A stretch of DNA of 61,278 bases, taken from contig RQSC01000020.1 of assembly GCA_013416795.1 (NCBI GenBank), positions 142,535 through 203,812 on the forward strand, given 5' to 3'. The first letter of the stretch is position 1, and the number at the start of each line of letters is the position of its first letter. Made by a program: the position numbers and the translations under genes. This document shows positions 38,979 through 51,949 of this stretch, piece after piece. Under the pieces are notes generated by a model. It saw nothing but the letters and a program-made list of their open reading frames with translations. It was not told where the DNA came from and did no database searches. The stretch is from Prasinococcaceae sp. CCMP 1430. Lineage: Eukaryota; Plantae; Prasinodermophyta.

Positions 38979-41900
38979 ATGCAGCGGCGAGCGCGCCCGC
39001 TCCTACCCAGCCAGCTGCGCTTGCACGATGAGCCGTCGGTATGCGGCGCGCGGCGCCTGGGCCCGCATGCGCCGCTGCTCCACCTCATGGCGCACGAGAC
39101 GAACGTGATGTCTCTCAACGGGGTGGACTGGTGGCTGGCAGTTCGCCCCTCGCCGGATGCCGTCACTGAGGCCGACATCTGCGCCGATGCCGGCGCCGGC
39201 GAGGGCGATGCGGCCGGCGATGAGGGGAGATTTGTGCGCACGCGCGTACCTTCAAACTGGCAGCTCGAGCCCGCCGGACACGCAGCGCAAGACAGGCCGC
39301 TGTACTCGAACTTCACGTACGCCTGCGCGCCGACGCCGCCGTTGGCACACCTCAGCGGCGCGTGGCGGGAGAAAGTCGCCAGCGACGACAACGCGGGCGG
39401 CGGCGAGCCCGGTGGCATGCTCAAGGCGTTCGTGTGGAGCGGCGAAATGCCGGCGGCCGGCGAGGCGCCTGCAGCCCCCCTGGATGCAGCAGCCACGCCG
39501 GCGCCGATGGACGAGGGGCAGGGCAGCGGGCAGGGATTGGAGGCGGAGGAGGGAGCGCGGCCCCACTACGCAGGCGGTCCGAATCCCACCGGCATATATC
39601 GCCGCTCTGTAGCGCTGCCGCTGACTTGGGCGGAGGCTGAGGTGGGGAATGACGGCTGCTCAGAGGGTACTCTACGCCCTGCGCAGGCATTCACTCTCAC
39701 ACTGCACGGCGCCGATTCGTGTGCATACGTATACGCCGACGGTGAGTTCGTTGGCTTCGGCACTGACTCTCGGCTACCATCCGAGTTCGACGTGACCCGG
39801 CAGGTGCGCGCGGCGATGGCGGACGCCAGACGACCCATTGAGCTTGCGGTAGTTGTGCCGCGGCTCAGCGCCGGAACCTACTTTGAGGACCAGGACCAGT
39901 GGTCACTGAGCGGCCTACACCGTGGTGTCACGCTCACGCGCGTACCCGAACGCGCTATTGGCGACTACAGCATCGTGCCGCGCCTCGAGTTCGAGCAGCA
40001 GGACGACTGGGGTATGGATGAGGCAGAGCCGCGACTGGCTTGCGCATTCTTCGACATCAAGGTTGATGTGCTTGCTGCCCACGACGGCGGGGCGACTTTC
40101 GACCCGGCGGCGCAGGCGTGGTCGCCGTCCGCGGCAAATGACCTCGCTCTACACGTCTCGGTGTTCGACGCGCAAACCAGTCGCATGGTGACCAGCACTG
40201 CGGGCGTCGCCGTCGACGGCATGGTTCGCCGCGGTGTGGCTACGAAGTCCCTGACCATCGATGTGCCGCTCGAGCGTGCGCAGCTTTGGTCAGCCGACGC
40301 GCCACATTTGTACAGGATTGTGCTCACGCTCGAGCACACAGCCACGGGCGAAGCAGTGTCGGAGGAAGCGCTCGTCGGTCTGCGCGAGGTCCGTATCGAT
40401 AAGGGCGTGCTGCGCGTGAACCGCCGCGCGGTCACCATACGTGGCGTCAACCGTCATGAGCATGATCCCGTGGGTGGCAAGGCGGTCACGTACGACAGCA
40501 TGATGGACGACGCGCTTCTGATGAAGCGCGCAAACTTCAACGCAGTGCGGTGCAGCCACTATCCTAATTGCCAGCAATGGTACTCCATCTGCGACAAGGT
40601 GGGGCTCTATGTGATCGACGAGGCCAACATAGAGACGCACGGCTTCCATGATGGTGGATACCCGAACTCGGAGCTGACGGGCGACCCGCAGTGGGCCGGC
40701 GCTCTCATGGAGCGTGTGATGCGCATGGCTGAGCGCGACAAGAACCATCCGTGCGTGATCGTGTGGTCCCTGGGCAACGAGGCTGGATTTTCCTCCGCGC
40801 ACGCCGCGGCCGCAGCATGGCTGCGAGCTCGCGACGCGTCGCGGGTGGTGCACTACGAAGGCGGCCTAAGCCGCACGTGCGCGACCGACATCATTTGCCC
40901 GATGTACAGAACTGCCGACGAGCTCATGGCTTGGTCGGACGAGGAGGCCGTAAAGCCTGCCGAGAAGCGGCGACCGGTGATCGCATGCGAGTACTCGCAT
41001 GCGATGGGCAACAGCAATGGGCGCCTGGACGAGTTTTGGCGAGCGATTTGGGAGCGCGGCAACTACCTGCAAGGCGGCTTTATTTGGGACTGGGTCGACC
41101 AGGGACTCCTGGACGTTGCGACGACGCCTGAGAATGCGAGAAGGCGTCGGAGCAGCGGCCATCCATCGCTGCGCCAGTATTCTCAGCAGGACTTCTTGCA
41201 TGGGGGGCACCACGACGACATGCCGCATGATGCCCAGTTTTGCTTGAATGGCCTACTCGCGCCCGACCGCACACCGCACCCCGGCCTCGTGGAGGCTGCC
41301 GCTGTTATGCAACCGGTGGCGTTCGATTTCGATGCAGCCGCCAATCCACCTGTGCTGGGCGTGAGCAATCGCTTGGATCATGCGACCCTCGCCGATGTGC
41401 AATTGCTGGTGATCGCTCGTGCGATGCCATGCAACGCTTGGGAAGCGCTCGCGACGGCCGCGAAAGTGGGCAATGCGCCCGCCAGGCATCTCAAACCTCT
41501 GCGCTGCATGCTTCCAGTCTCTGGCGAGCACGCGGGGGCGCTTGCGTCGCTCTCACCCGGCCAGCGCATGCGTTTTCCCCTCCGCGAAGTGTTCGAGTGG
41601 AGGGCTGAGCTGGAGCGGAAGGCCGCAAGGCTTGGTGGCGAGAGCGGTAGCGGCGGCGGTCCGCCGCGGTGGCAACTTCAAGTGTTTGCGCTGCGCGGCG
41701 ATGTGGTGTTGGCACGCGACTTCTTTGACGTGCAGCCGGCGTGTGCACCGCTACCGCCCGCCCCCGTGCGCCCTCTGCGGCGTGGCGGCGGCTATGTATG
41801 TCCTGTCACGCTCACCCGCGACACCAAGAATGGCGAAGTGCGCGTCGTATCCGAAGGGTTCTACGAAGCCACGGTGTGCCTGAGCACTGGCGCACTCACG

Positions 41901-43129
41901 CGCCTCGCGAGTACCCCGCAAGTCCGTGGCACGTTCGCGGAACCGCCTGTCGAGCTGATTCACAGAGCGTTTGATCGGCCGAATGTCTGGCGTCGTCCGA
42001 CAGATAACGACATCTGCCCTGGCTCGCGCAGCTACGCGGCGCAGTGGAAACGTCACGGCCTTGACAGGATGGAGCCTTCGTCTTTCCGGGCAGATGTGGA
42101 TACGCAGGTACGTCGCGGACCGCGCCCTGCGAGACTGTGGGTGGGCATGTGGGTGGGTAGTACTCACACTCGCGTCGGTAGGCCGCTTTCTTCACCCCAC
42201 GAGGTGAATGCATGCAATGAGCGCCGCGCTAATACCGCCACGCGCGTGCGCGTAGGCCCTCACGGTGATATGTAGATGTGCGTTCGAGCCAGGGCCGCCC
42301 GATGCCAGCGGGGGCGCGTGCATCGGCGGTGGTGAGACATATTCTGATTCCGGACACCGGTGTTGGAAGGCTCACGTCATGCATACGGTTGAGTACTCAT
42401 TCCAGCGTGACCGCGTGTCTGTTGGCGTGACGATGGCTGTGAGTGACAGCAATCGAGACGAGGCGGACAGGTTGAAGTCGTGGCCGAGGGTGGGCGTAAG
42501 CTTGGAGCTGGCAGCAGCAGTAGGCCAGGTCGGGACAACATACCTCGGCGAAGGTGCGCCCAGATCAGCCACAGATTACTGCTGCTGCCTTCACGCAACC
42601 CCCGCGAGCGCCGCACGCGACCTCCGGGTGGCCCTTCCTCACACTTGCGACAGCGTGCTGACACTGCCTCGGTCGCAAACCGCGCGCTTTCCTGCGGCGC
42701 GTCTGTCTCCGCATCCCAGGGCCTCATGAGTGCTATCCAGATCGTCGGGCAGCGGCGCACCGTGGCATCCACGCGCTAGATACGTCCTTGGAATGCCCGT
42801 ACGTTGTGAAGCAGGAATACGGCGGGCGCTCCAACGCCGAGGTGGTATGGGCGCCCGCTGCGGGCAACGATGGCGTCGCGGGTGGCCTCGGCGTGCACGT
42901 GCGCAGCGCGGTGGCTACCGGCGCGCAGCAGCCGGGCGCGCAGCTGGGCTTTGATCGTGTCGAACACAATGTGGGCGGGCACGTCCGGCTCGACATTGAT
43001 GCGGCGCACATGGGCGTGGGCGACAACAGTTGGATGCTCAGCGTTGCACCCGACCACTGCATCAAGAATGGGGTGTACAAACTCGCTCTCGATCTCCTGC
43101 CTATGGGCAAGGCCGACGCACATCACTAG
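38979..43129 (+). CDS. LacZ-type GH2 beta-galactosidase; introns 42108-42255 and 42554-42719
   Basis: LHGADS, EDQDQWSLSGLHR, IRGVNRHEH, NAVRCSHYPN, DEANIETHG, WSLGNE (acid/base), CEYSHAMGNS (nucleophile), GGFIWDWVDQG and GPHECYPDR are present. Confidence 0.93.
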
Positions 43130-43197
43130 GCGCGACTGAAGCTCTCTGGTCCGTAACTTAATTTCGTGAGGTGCATGTCTGTCGCTCGGCGCGCGCG

Positions 43198-44979
43198 TCA
43201 CAGGCAGCGCCCCCACAGCGACATAGGCCCGGGCTCATTTTGGAACACCTCCTCGTACCCGTCCACGTACCTCTTTGCAGGAAGCTCCTCTTCTCGACTT
43301 TCAAGCACCGCGTCTTGGCGCGCGTGCCGGTGCGCGGGCGCAGAGTGGAGTGAGGTGGGCGCGTTGGGCATTGTATTAGCGACACGACGTCGCTCCTCGC
43401 GAGCGCAAAAGTGCTGGCACGCGCACATGTGTGACTGCGTTGCACTCTCGACACGCACCACAGATGGAACCACCGTACATGACCGACCTATCCCAGCTCC
43501 CCGGCGCCCACGCAGTCGTCAGTCTTATCTCGAGCTCGCCAAAAATCTTCTCGACGCGCACGTCGTCCAATCCTTCTGTATCATCGAACGGATCTTCAAG
43601 ACCAATGGCAATGTTGAAGAGCCCCTGAGAGAGTTGCGAGAGCGCGGAAGCGTATGTCGCGCCGTGCAGAGCCACGAATCAGCGCCACAGCGGTGCGCTC
43701 TCCCTCTCTCTTTCTTTCTCTCTAGCGAGCTATCGGCTAGGGAAGCAATACAAATGGCGCGGTCCTTCAGCGCGCAAATGGCACGCGTTCTCACCTGCAT
43801 GGCCACCCCCGTAAAGATCGCCAGCGCGATAGCAAAGCCCAAGTTGGCCTGAAACGGCCACTGGGATGCCTCGACGCGCCCAGCTCCCGCGACCCAGGCA
43901 TAGTACGGGCCGATGAAAAATGGGTGCGTGAGGATGTAGAGCCTGCCAAATGCTCGCAGGCCTGTGGGCGTACGGTAGCCCTTGATGGCGCGGCATTGCT
44001 CGAACTCCTTCGTGAGCAACATGAGGTATTGATTCATGCGCGCGGCCTCATTTCCGGGCAATCCCACGGCCTTCATGCGCTCGACGGCCAGCGAGAGGCG
44101 CGACAGCTCGGCGTAGATCTCGGCGAGGCACCGCCGCTGCACTGGGCGAACGTGTTTCCGCATGCGCTGGCCACTGCGCGTGAACATGTGCTTGCTGCGG
44201 TTGGCGAGGGGCAGACGCAAGAAGTCGCGCATTGCCCGCGTCATGCGGATGAGGGTTTCTCGGACCTCAGCCACGTGTTGGTGCGCAGCAGCACCGCCTT
44301 CGTAGTATTCTGCAGCGGGCGACGACTTCTCCTCGCTGGCAGCGCGCGTGCAATCGACCCCTCCTTCACAGGCGCCGTCGTCGCCGCTCTTCCCGCGGGC
44401 GCCGGCGCCACGCTCCCCCTCGCCGCCGGCCTCGGCTGCTGCCTCCTTCTGATTTCCGTGCTGTGGGTAGCGAGGGGTGGTGGCGAGCAGCCTGCGCCCG
44501 ACGAAGTCCCCCTTGACTGGCCATGACCACGAGTTGTGCGCGAGGTAGAGATGAAAGACGAGCGACCTCAGATCGGCTAGCGCGGCGAGCGCTCTCTCGC
44601 GCCGCACGAAGGCGTAGCCTATGTTCGCGGTGATCGGAAACACTATGATGAACGAGAAGAAAGAGAGCGATAGCTTCGCAACCAGCGGTTCCTCGTCGGG
44701 ACGGTAGAAGAAGTAGAAGCACGTGGCGCCTGCTTGCAGCGAGCAGACGAAGATGGTCTCGGGGGTGATGAGGTGCGCGACCGCCACCTGTAGCGACACC
44801 CAGTACGTCAGCAGGGTCTCCCATACCGACCCCAGGGGTGAAGCACGAAGCAGCGCGGGCGTCGGCTGCGCGTCGTCCATGTCGGACTTCACCGAGGCCG
44901 TCGACAGCGTGGGCGCGCGCGGATGGGAAGCGCGTCGGTCGACGCCGGCCTCGCCGTTCGCGTCCCCGTCCGGCGCCAT
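43198..44979 (-). CDS. Bestrophin/UPF0187-like membrane protein; intron 43625-43794; 3' end uncertain
   Basis: TM helices, AFVRRERAL, YRTP.GLRAF, and GLFNIAIGLEDPFD (bestrophin-type EDPF motif). Confidence 0.65.
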
Positions 44980-45508
44980 TTCCCGCCGCGCGCCACAGGG
45001 TCGCGGCGTGGAGCGCGGGGCGCGACGCCGTCCTCATCTGAGGCGCCCGAGCGACGCGCGCTCGGCGGGTCCGCCCCGCGCGGGGCGTTGGGGGTGCGGG
45101 GCGGGGACGCGCTGTGGCGCCGCAGCACGCCGCTGCCAACGCCGCTGACGTGGCGCGCGGGTGCGCGCACCCGTCCTCTCCCCTCGCGAACGCCCGCCGG
45201 GCAAACTCGCGCGACAGTTGGCATTTGCCATTTCCACCAGCAACACAAGCACACCTACACCTTCAAGCACTTTACATTACCCCACGGGAGACTCCATACC
45301 ATCGATGCACCTGGCCTGCTCCCTTTCGTTTTGATAGCGACGGAGTCGCGAGCGCGCCAGCACGCCGTGGTGCGTTTGAGCGGGGTGCCAGAGGGCGAGG
45401 CGAGCGCGCGCGCGGGGGGAGGGGGGCTCAGCCTGAGGGGGGTCGCCCGAGCGGAAGGCGGGGGGAGAGAGAGGGGGGGGAGGCGAGCATGGGCGCGCGG
45501 CAGCCGCG

Positions 45509-48500
45509 ATGACGGACGCCGCGGCGCGAGGGCGCGCTGCGGGCGCAGCTGCTCTCCAACCCGCACAGCCCGGAGGAGTACCGGGTCAACGGCATCGTGC
45601 GGAACATGGACGAATGGTATGCCGCTTTCGGCGTGAAGCCCGGCGACAAGCTGTATTTGCCGCCCGAGGAACGGGTCCACGTCTGGTAAGCCAGCGGGAC
45701 AAAAGGAAAAAGGGGCGCCGGGATCCGATCCCTGCGCCCCTTTTCTTTGCTCCGACCATACATGCCGATGAAATAAAACATTCAAACCGAAATGGCGTCA
45801 TTTTCATCAGGCGACATTACAGACGGCGCGCACGCCGACGCCACGGCGGCGCCGCGGTCGCGCTCGCGGCAACGGCGGCGTTTGCGGCAGCAGTGGCGCT
45901 CGCCGCGGCGCCGCGCGTGATCGCAGCGCCGACGAACGTTGCCACAGAGGGTGTGCGCGTGGCTTCGAACGCCAACGAGCTGCAGGAGCTCATCGACGAC
46001 TCCGATGCAGGGGAGACGCTCGGCGTGAGCGCGTCATTTGCGCTCGACGGCGAGCCGCTGCACGTGACGCGCTCGTTGCGCATCGAAGGTGAGCGCGCAC
46101 GCGCCACCAGCTCCGGCGCCTCGTTTCCGGCGCACGCGCACGTCGCGCTAACCCCTCCTTCTGCCTCTCCGCGCCACCCATCGCGCGGCATGCGCTGCGG
46201 CGGCGACGGCGTGCGCGCGCGCACGCGCTCGCTTTCATGCGCGCGCCCGCGCGCCCGCACCGCACGTCTCAAGGGATCGGCCATGGCTGCAAGCAGCTCG
46301 TAGGCTTCTTCCTTGAGGACGACCGGTGCGTCGTTGACGCTGGGTCGCTTTCGCGCGTGATTGAGGTCGCAGAGGGGGTGACGCTCTCCCTGTGGGGAAT
46401 AGTGCTCGCCAACGGAAATGCCAGCGACGCCGACAACGGCGTGCATGCGGGCGATGGGGGGTGCGTGTTGGCAAGCGCTGCATCGATCGTGCTCATGGAC
46501 GGTGTCCTGGTGACGCATTGCGATGCCTCCGACGGCCGCGGCGGCGCTGTCTTTGCTGCGGGTGGCGCCGTCCTTCGCGCAGTCGACACCACATTTGCGC
46601 ACGCCCAATCGACGTTCGGCGGTGCGGTGTACCTTGACGGCAACGCCGAGGCGCGCCTGGCGCGCGCCGACGGCGACCGCCGCATCGATGCTGCCTACGT
46701 ACACATCGAGACTCTTTGCGTGGTTGCGAACAACACCGCGAGCGACACGGGCGGCGCAATTTTTGCCGTGGGCGCAGCGTATGTTTCCATCGCAGGCTGC
46801 GACGTGACAGGCAATTTGGCCTCGGAGGGCGGCGCATTCATGCTCGACACCGCGGCCGCCTTCGTGTACCGGTCGGTTCTTGCAAACAACACGGCCACGC
46901 AGGGCGCGGGCGGCGCCATATTCACCGGCGGAGACACCATTCTGCAGCTCCGCAAGGGCAACTCTGTCATCAACAACACTGCGGAGACGTATGGCGGCGG
47001 GATATTCGGCTGCGGCACGTGTGCCGTCGACGTCGAAGGCACGCTCTTCGAGAGCAACAGCGCAGGGATCGCTGGTGGTGGGGTGTACGCCGCGTCCGGG
47101 TGCGCTCCTAGTCTCATGGATCAAGACGGACTCTGCGACGATTCGACCGGCTGCACGCGATACGAGTGCCGGCTCAGTGGCAACGAGGCGCCGGCTGGCG
47201 GCGGGCTGTACGTCAGCGGGTCGCTGGCGCACAGCGCGCGTATCGCGCGATGCACCTTCTCGCACAACAACGCGACTGTGACGGATGGCGGGGCCATCTG
47301 GATTGGCCAGGGCGCGAACGTCAGCTTCCTCGACGGGCGCATCGAGGGCAATGCTGCGACTGGTCACGGCGGCGGTGTGTTTCTGGACGGCTCGGACTCG
47401 TCGCTCCTCCTGTCTCCCGACCCCGACCCCCCGCGTGAGAGCACGCTGGGCAACTCCCAGGCCGAGCTCACGATGCATGAACTCGTGGACGTGGGCCTCG
47501 CGCACCAGCCCGACGAGAGCTACGGGGCGCCAGAGGTGTACGACGCTTCGAATGGTGGCATCCTTGGTCCTCTGCTCCGAGGCTACTCCGAGCTCGAGCT
47601 CGCTACGCGCGTGTACAACAACTCCGCGGGGGGGTTCGGCGGGGGGCTGCGCGTCGGCGGGGGGTCACTGGTGGCGCTGAGCACGCGCTTCGAGGGAAAC
47701 TACGCGCGCTCGGGCGGCGGCGGCGTTCATCTCGCGGCAGACACTTCTGACTCGCTGCCGTCAGTCGCGGCGCTGTGGGGATGCAATTTCGTTTCGAATC
47801 GCGCCTCCCTCAATGGAGGCGGGGTGCACGCGAGCTCGGACTCGCGCCTCGTGTCGATTCACACCAACTTTTCCGCCAACGAGGCGAACGTGTATGGCGG
47901 CGCGCTGTATTCTGAGGCCGCTCACATGTACCCAAGTGTAGACGCGCGCTTCGGATTCGTCCTCGGCAACACTGCCAACAGCGGCGCTGGCATCGCGGTG
48001 GCCGGCGGGGCCTCGCACATCTTCCGTGTGACCATTACTGGCAACCAGGCGGACTCGTACGGCGGCGGCGTCCTCGCGATGCCCTTCGCTTCAATCACGC
48101 TGAACTCGAGTACCATGGTACACGAGGATGCGCCTAACTCAGCGAGCGATTCCGGGACGTCCGGCGATGGCGGCTGGGCCATGGCCGGCGGTGTCATTTT
48201 TAGATTCAATCAGAGCTCCAGCCCAGGCCATGGGGGCAACATAGACGGAGTCGAGACGGTGCGCTTTTGCGGGCCATGCGCGCCCGGACAGTTCGCTACT
48301 GGTGCGTGCACTGCCACCGAGGACGCCCCTTGCGGGCCGTGCGCGCCGTGTGTGGACGAGGACCACTTCATCTCGCGGGCGGGCGGCGTGCCGACAATGT
48401 TCGACGACACGTTGTGCGTGCCCTGCTCGGCTGCCTGTCCCGCGGGCGCGGTGATATATGCGCCCTGCCGCAGAGGCAGCCTCGTGTTGGCTGGCCAAGA

Positions 48501-50265
48501 TTTGGAGTGCGGTCCGCAGCCACTCAGGGCTGAGGGTAGTCAGGCGGATCCGCTGCCTCCCTATGGCGGGCACGCCGAGGTCTTGAGTGCCGCGAATACC
48601 GTACGCCCTCCTGACGCGCTGGACTCGGCAGCACCGCCGACAATCAACTTCATCCACCCTCGCTCTGGCCCCGTGGAGGGTGGCACGCTGATCACCATCG
48701 ACGGCGCCAACTTTCAGCGGCGCTTACACATTCGATGCCGCTTCGGCTCGGCCAATGAGCTCGACGAGGTGCGCGCCACGAGGGTGAGCGGCCAGCGCGT
48801 CGTGCTCTTCACACCTGCGCGCGACTACCCCACCACCGCTCTGGTGTCGTGCTCAAACGACGGCACGACCTGGAGCAATCCCCCGGTGAGCTCCGTGCAG
48901 GGCGGCGGCTCGTTCACGGTTTTCACGTTCGTGCACGCGGTGCCTGCGGGCATTTTCCACCTGGATAACACCACGGGCCCTTTCGAGGGCACCACAGTAG
49001 TGTCCATCAGCGTGGAGCCACCTGCGTACGGCAATAAGACGGACTGGGTCGATCCTGAGCTCCGCCAGTGGGAGTGGGAAAATGGTACCGAGGCACAACC
49101 CGCGCCCGTAGGCATCCCGCTCGCGAGGTTCCAGCCGAGCGAGCGGCTGCTGTGCATGTTTGGCGACAACGTGGTGCGGGCGAAGTGGCGGACCTACCAG
49201 AAGATTGAATGCACGGCCCCAGCGTACGATCGGAGCGCGCAAATCTCGGGCACGATGTCGTCCACAGTGGATGTTCAGGTGACCAACAACGCATTCCACT
49301 ACGTCAAGGTCGGAGAGTTCACCTACTTCCACGGGAGGCCCACGGTCAGGAACGTGTACACGCTCAACGACGCGGGCTCCTGGAAGGCGCGCGGCACGTT
49401 TGAAGGCAACACGGAGATGTTCATCAATGGCACGGGCTTCTTGCCTTCTGAGCGCCTCACTGCTCGGCTCGTCAAGTTTGTGCCTGAGGGCACCGAGTAC
49501 AAGTACATGAGGTGCTCGTACGACAGCGCAGAGCAGATTCGCTGCATTACGCCGCCGTGGGCACCGAAGAGCATCGAGCCGATGTTCTCCGGAGCATTTG
49601 ATCCGTGCTTCAAGGTCGCCGTCGACGTCTCGAACAATGGCGAAACGATGTGGAGCCTTCCAAGTGAGGAGCGATTTCTGTACGGCGACATCTACGTCTC
49701 TCTCTCAGGCAGCGACCTCTGGGGGGACGGGACTCCCAAATTGCCCTACCGAACGATCTCGCGCGCCATCATGGCCGCGAACAGCAACCCGCGCGCCCAT
49801 TGGGTATTGAGGTCGCGCAGTGGAGACACCGGCATGCTGTCCACGGGCCGCGAGGTGCGTGGCGTGGGCAGAGGCGGCGCTGGTAGGTACATCAACCGCG
49901 ATGTCATTCGACTCACGGATGGCATGTACCGCAACGGGCTGGGCTTCGACGGTCTGGAGCAGAACCTCATGCTCTCGCCGCACGGCAAGTTCATCGATAT
50001 CAAGCCGGTGAATCCAGGGATGGCGTACATCGACTGTGAGGACGACGCCTCCGACGATTGGACGCTGGGCGAGCTGAACGACGACCCCAACGCGCCCGCT
50101 GGTGAGACCAATGGGATCATCACGCTCACGGGCGTGGGTGTCGTGCGCTGCAGGCCCATGAATATCCTGGAGCACCTTGACTCGCACTCGCGCCCCAGCT
50201 GGTACGTCGAGGACGACGACGCTTCGGACTACAACGCGACGTCGAATGCGACTTCGAATCTCTAG
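45509..50265 (+). CDS. Large secreted protein: Pmp-like beta-helix repeats, TNFR-like Cys repeats, IPT/TIG domains and DUF1565-like motif; intron 46089-46273; start uncertain
   Basis: Signal-like AVALAATAAFAAAVALAAAP, many GGA(I/V)...N.A repeats, CGPCAPGQF...C...CGPC, PPTINFIHPRSGPVEGGTLITIDGANF, and IYVSLSGSDLWGDGT..LPYRTISRAI. Confidence 0.75.
45525..45689 (+). pseudogene. C-terminal fragment of a bacterial-type M13 (PepO/neprilysin-family) metallopeptidase
   Basis: Translation not shown in the ORF track: REGALRAQLLSNPHSPEEYRVNGIVRNMDEWYAAFGVKPGDKLYLPPEERVHVW*. An in-frame TGA lies upstream at 45510. Confidence 0.85.
45701..45748. terminator. Bacterial-style bidirectional Rho-independent terminator
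   Basis: AAAAGGGGCGC-C-GGGAT-CCG-ATCCC-T-GCGCCCCTTTT, flanked by A and T tracts, 12 nt after the M13 stop codon. Confidence 0.8.
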
Positions 50266-50415
50266 GCTACGGCGAGGGACGGACCTCAAAGTGACGGCAC
50301 CCTGACCCTGCCGTATGGCTTGCATCCGCTCACGACGCAGCGCACGCGCGCGGTGAATCTTGTAAATACTGTACGCTACTTCAGACAGCGGCCCCTCTGG
50401 CGCGGCTGTATGCGC

Positions 50416-51538
50416 TCAGAGCTCCGACGCCGGCGTCGGCTTGGGCACGTAGATACCCTCCGTGGCCTTCCAATTCGAGTCGACCGAGTGCCCGCGCGAA
50501 CCCACCACCTCGAGTTGGCCTGAAATAGGCCGGCCGAAGCGGCGGCTGGTCATGGAGAGGTACGCATTCGTGGCCACGTGCTGAATGTGCACCTTGCTCT
50601 CCTGCTTCCACTTCGAGTTGGGGTCCATCACGAGGCGCCATACGTCGTTGGCGTCGCTGCGGAGGCGCATTCGCGCGACGAGCCGGCGTGTTGGTTGGCG
50701 AACGGTGCGCGAGCGAGTCAGAGCGCGCGCTCCCGCTGCAGGATCTGCAACGATGGCGCAAACACGCATCGAGGTGCAGGTGGGCGAGAGCGGGCGGCCG
50801 CGGAGGTCGCGCGCACCTGTTGTCGTGGTCGCCGTGACAGCTGACCTCCTGCTGGTTTGAGAGCGGGCTCTGGAAGTTGTGGGAGTGAAGCCACTTCTTG
50901 CTCGAGGCGTGCATGAGGCGGAACTCGCTGTTGTGCGTGAGCGGCTCGCCACTCTCGATGGAACTGCGCGCATCGGCGAGAGCGCGCGGGCGCCGATGGG
51001 TGCGTTGCGGTGGGGCGGGGCGTCGGGTTTGCGGATTAGGTGAGGCGTTGCGTAGGGGAGCAGGACGACAGAGCGCAAAAGCGGGGCCGGAAACGGGGGC
51101 AAGTGGGTGGGTGGGTGGGCGGGTCAGCGAGGCAGCATGCGCCGCGCGGTTGCGCTGCGCAGCCACCACCACAGGGGCAGCGCAGCGAGCACCGGCCCTC
51201 GTGAGCCGCGGATCAGCTGTTCAACACGTCCGCGACCAAAGTGCAGATTGGCGCGCGTCGGCCGCCGCTCACCTCCCCTCGACGGGCTTGATCATCCAGA
51301 GGTCCTCCTCGTCGCCTTCGTTGGCCGTGCCTGTCACGCTCTGCTGGCCGCTACCCGACCCGTACGAGATCTCGTGCGAGTGCAGGTTGAAGGCGTGCTG
51401 CGTGGAGGCGAGCTTGACGGCCGAGCCGTAGGTGACCAGGTGCCTTTCGAGCGCCGCGGCGGGCGAGGCCGCGGCGGCCACGAGCAGCGCCGCGACGGCC
51501 CCTGCAGCTGCCACTGCCCGCGCCGCCAGTCCCGCCAT
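50416..51538 (-). CDS. SDF2: Stromal cell-derived factor 2 (MIR-domain ER protein); introns 50964-51272 and 50657-50816
   Basis: Signal peptide, VTYGSAVKL...LHSHEISYGSGSGQQSVT, LHSHNFQSPLSNQQEVS, RFGRPISGQLEV and WKATEGIY. Confidence 0.95.
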
Positions 51539-51949
51539 CGCGCGCCCTGCCTGCCGCCCCGCCCAGCGCCAGCAGTGGCACCGCCCCGCAGACGCTCGCT
51601 CGCGCGCGCGCGCGATCGGCGCATGCCCGAGCCGAGGCCGGGGCGAGTCGGGCGGCAAGGCTTCGAATTGCTCGCCCGTGGTGAATTATTCTCAATTTAT
51701 TGATTGTCTATCACCACAGCTCTTTTTTATGAGGGCTTTGGCGAGGCGGATGGGGATGGAAAAGATCGGCGAGGCGGTGCGCGCTGAGTCACCGGCGCAC
51801 AGCAGCGCGGAGGGAGGGAGGGGGAAGGGGCGGGGAAGGGGGCGGGGGGCACACCCGGGTGCGAGCGCGCAGAAGCGTGAGTGAGGGCTGGTGGTCTGGC
51901 GGGTGTGGGGGTGCGCGGGGTGCGCGGGGTGCGCGGGCGATCGTCTCCG

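Noticed and set aside
51678-51717. GTGGTGA/TCACCAC inverted repeat around an AT-rich spacer in the SDF2/GMC promoter
   Set aside because: Only 7 bp, single occurrence, and compatible with chance.
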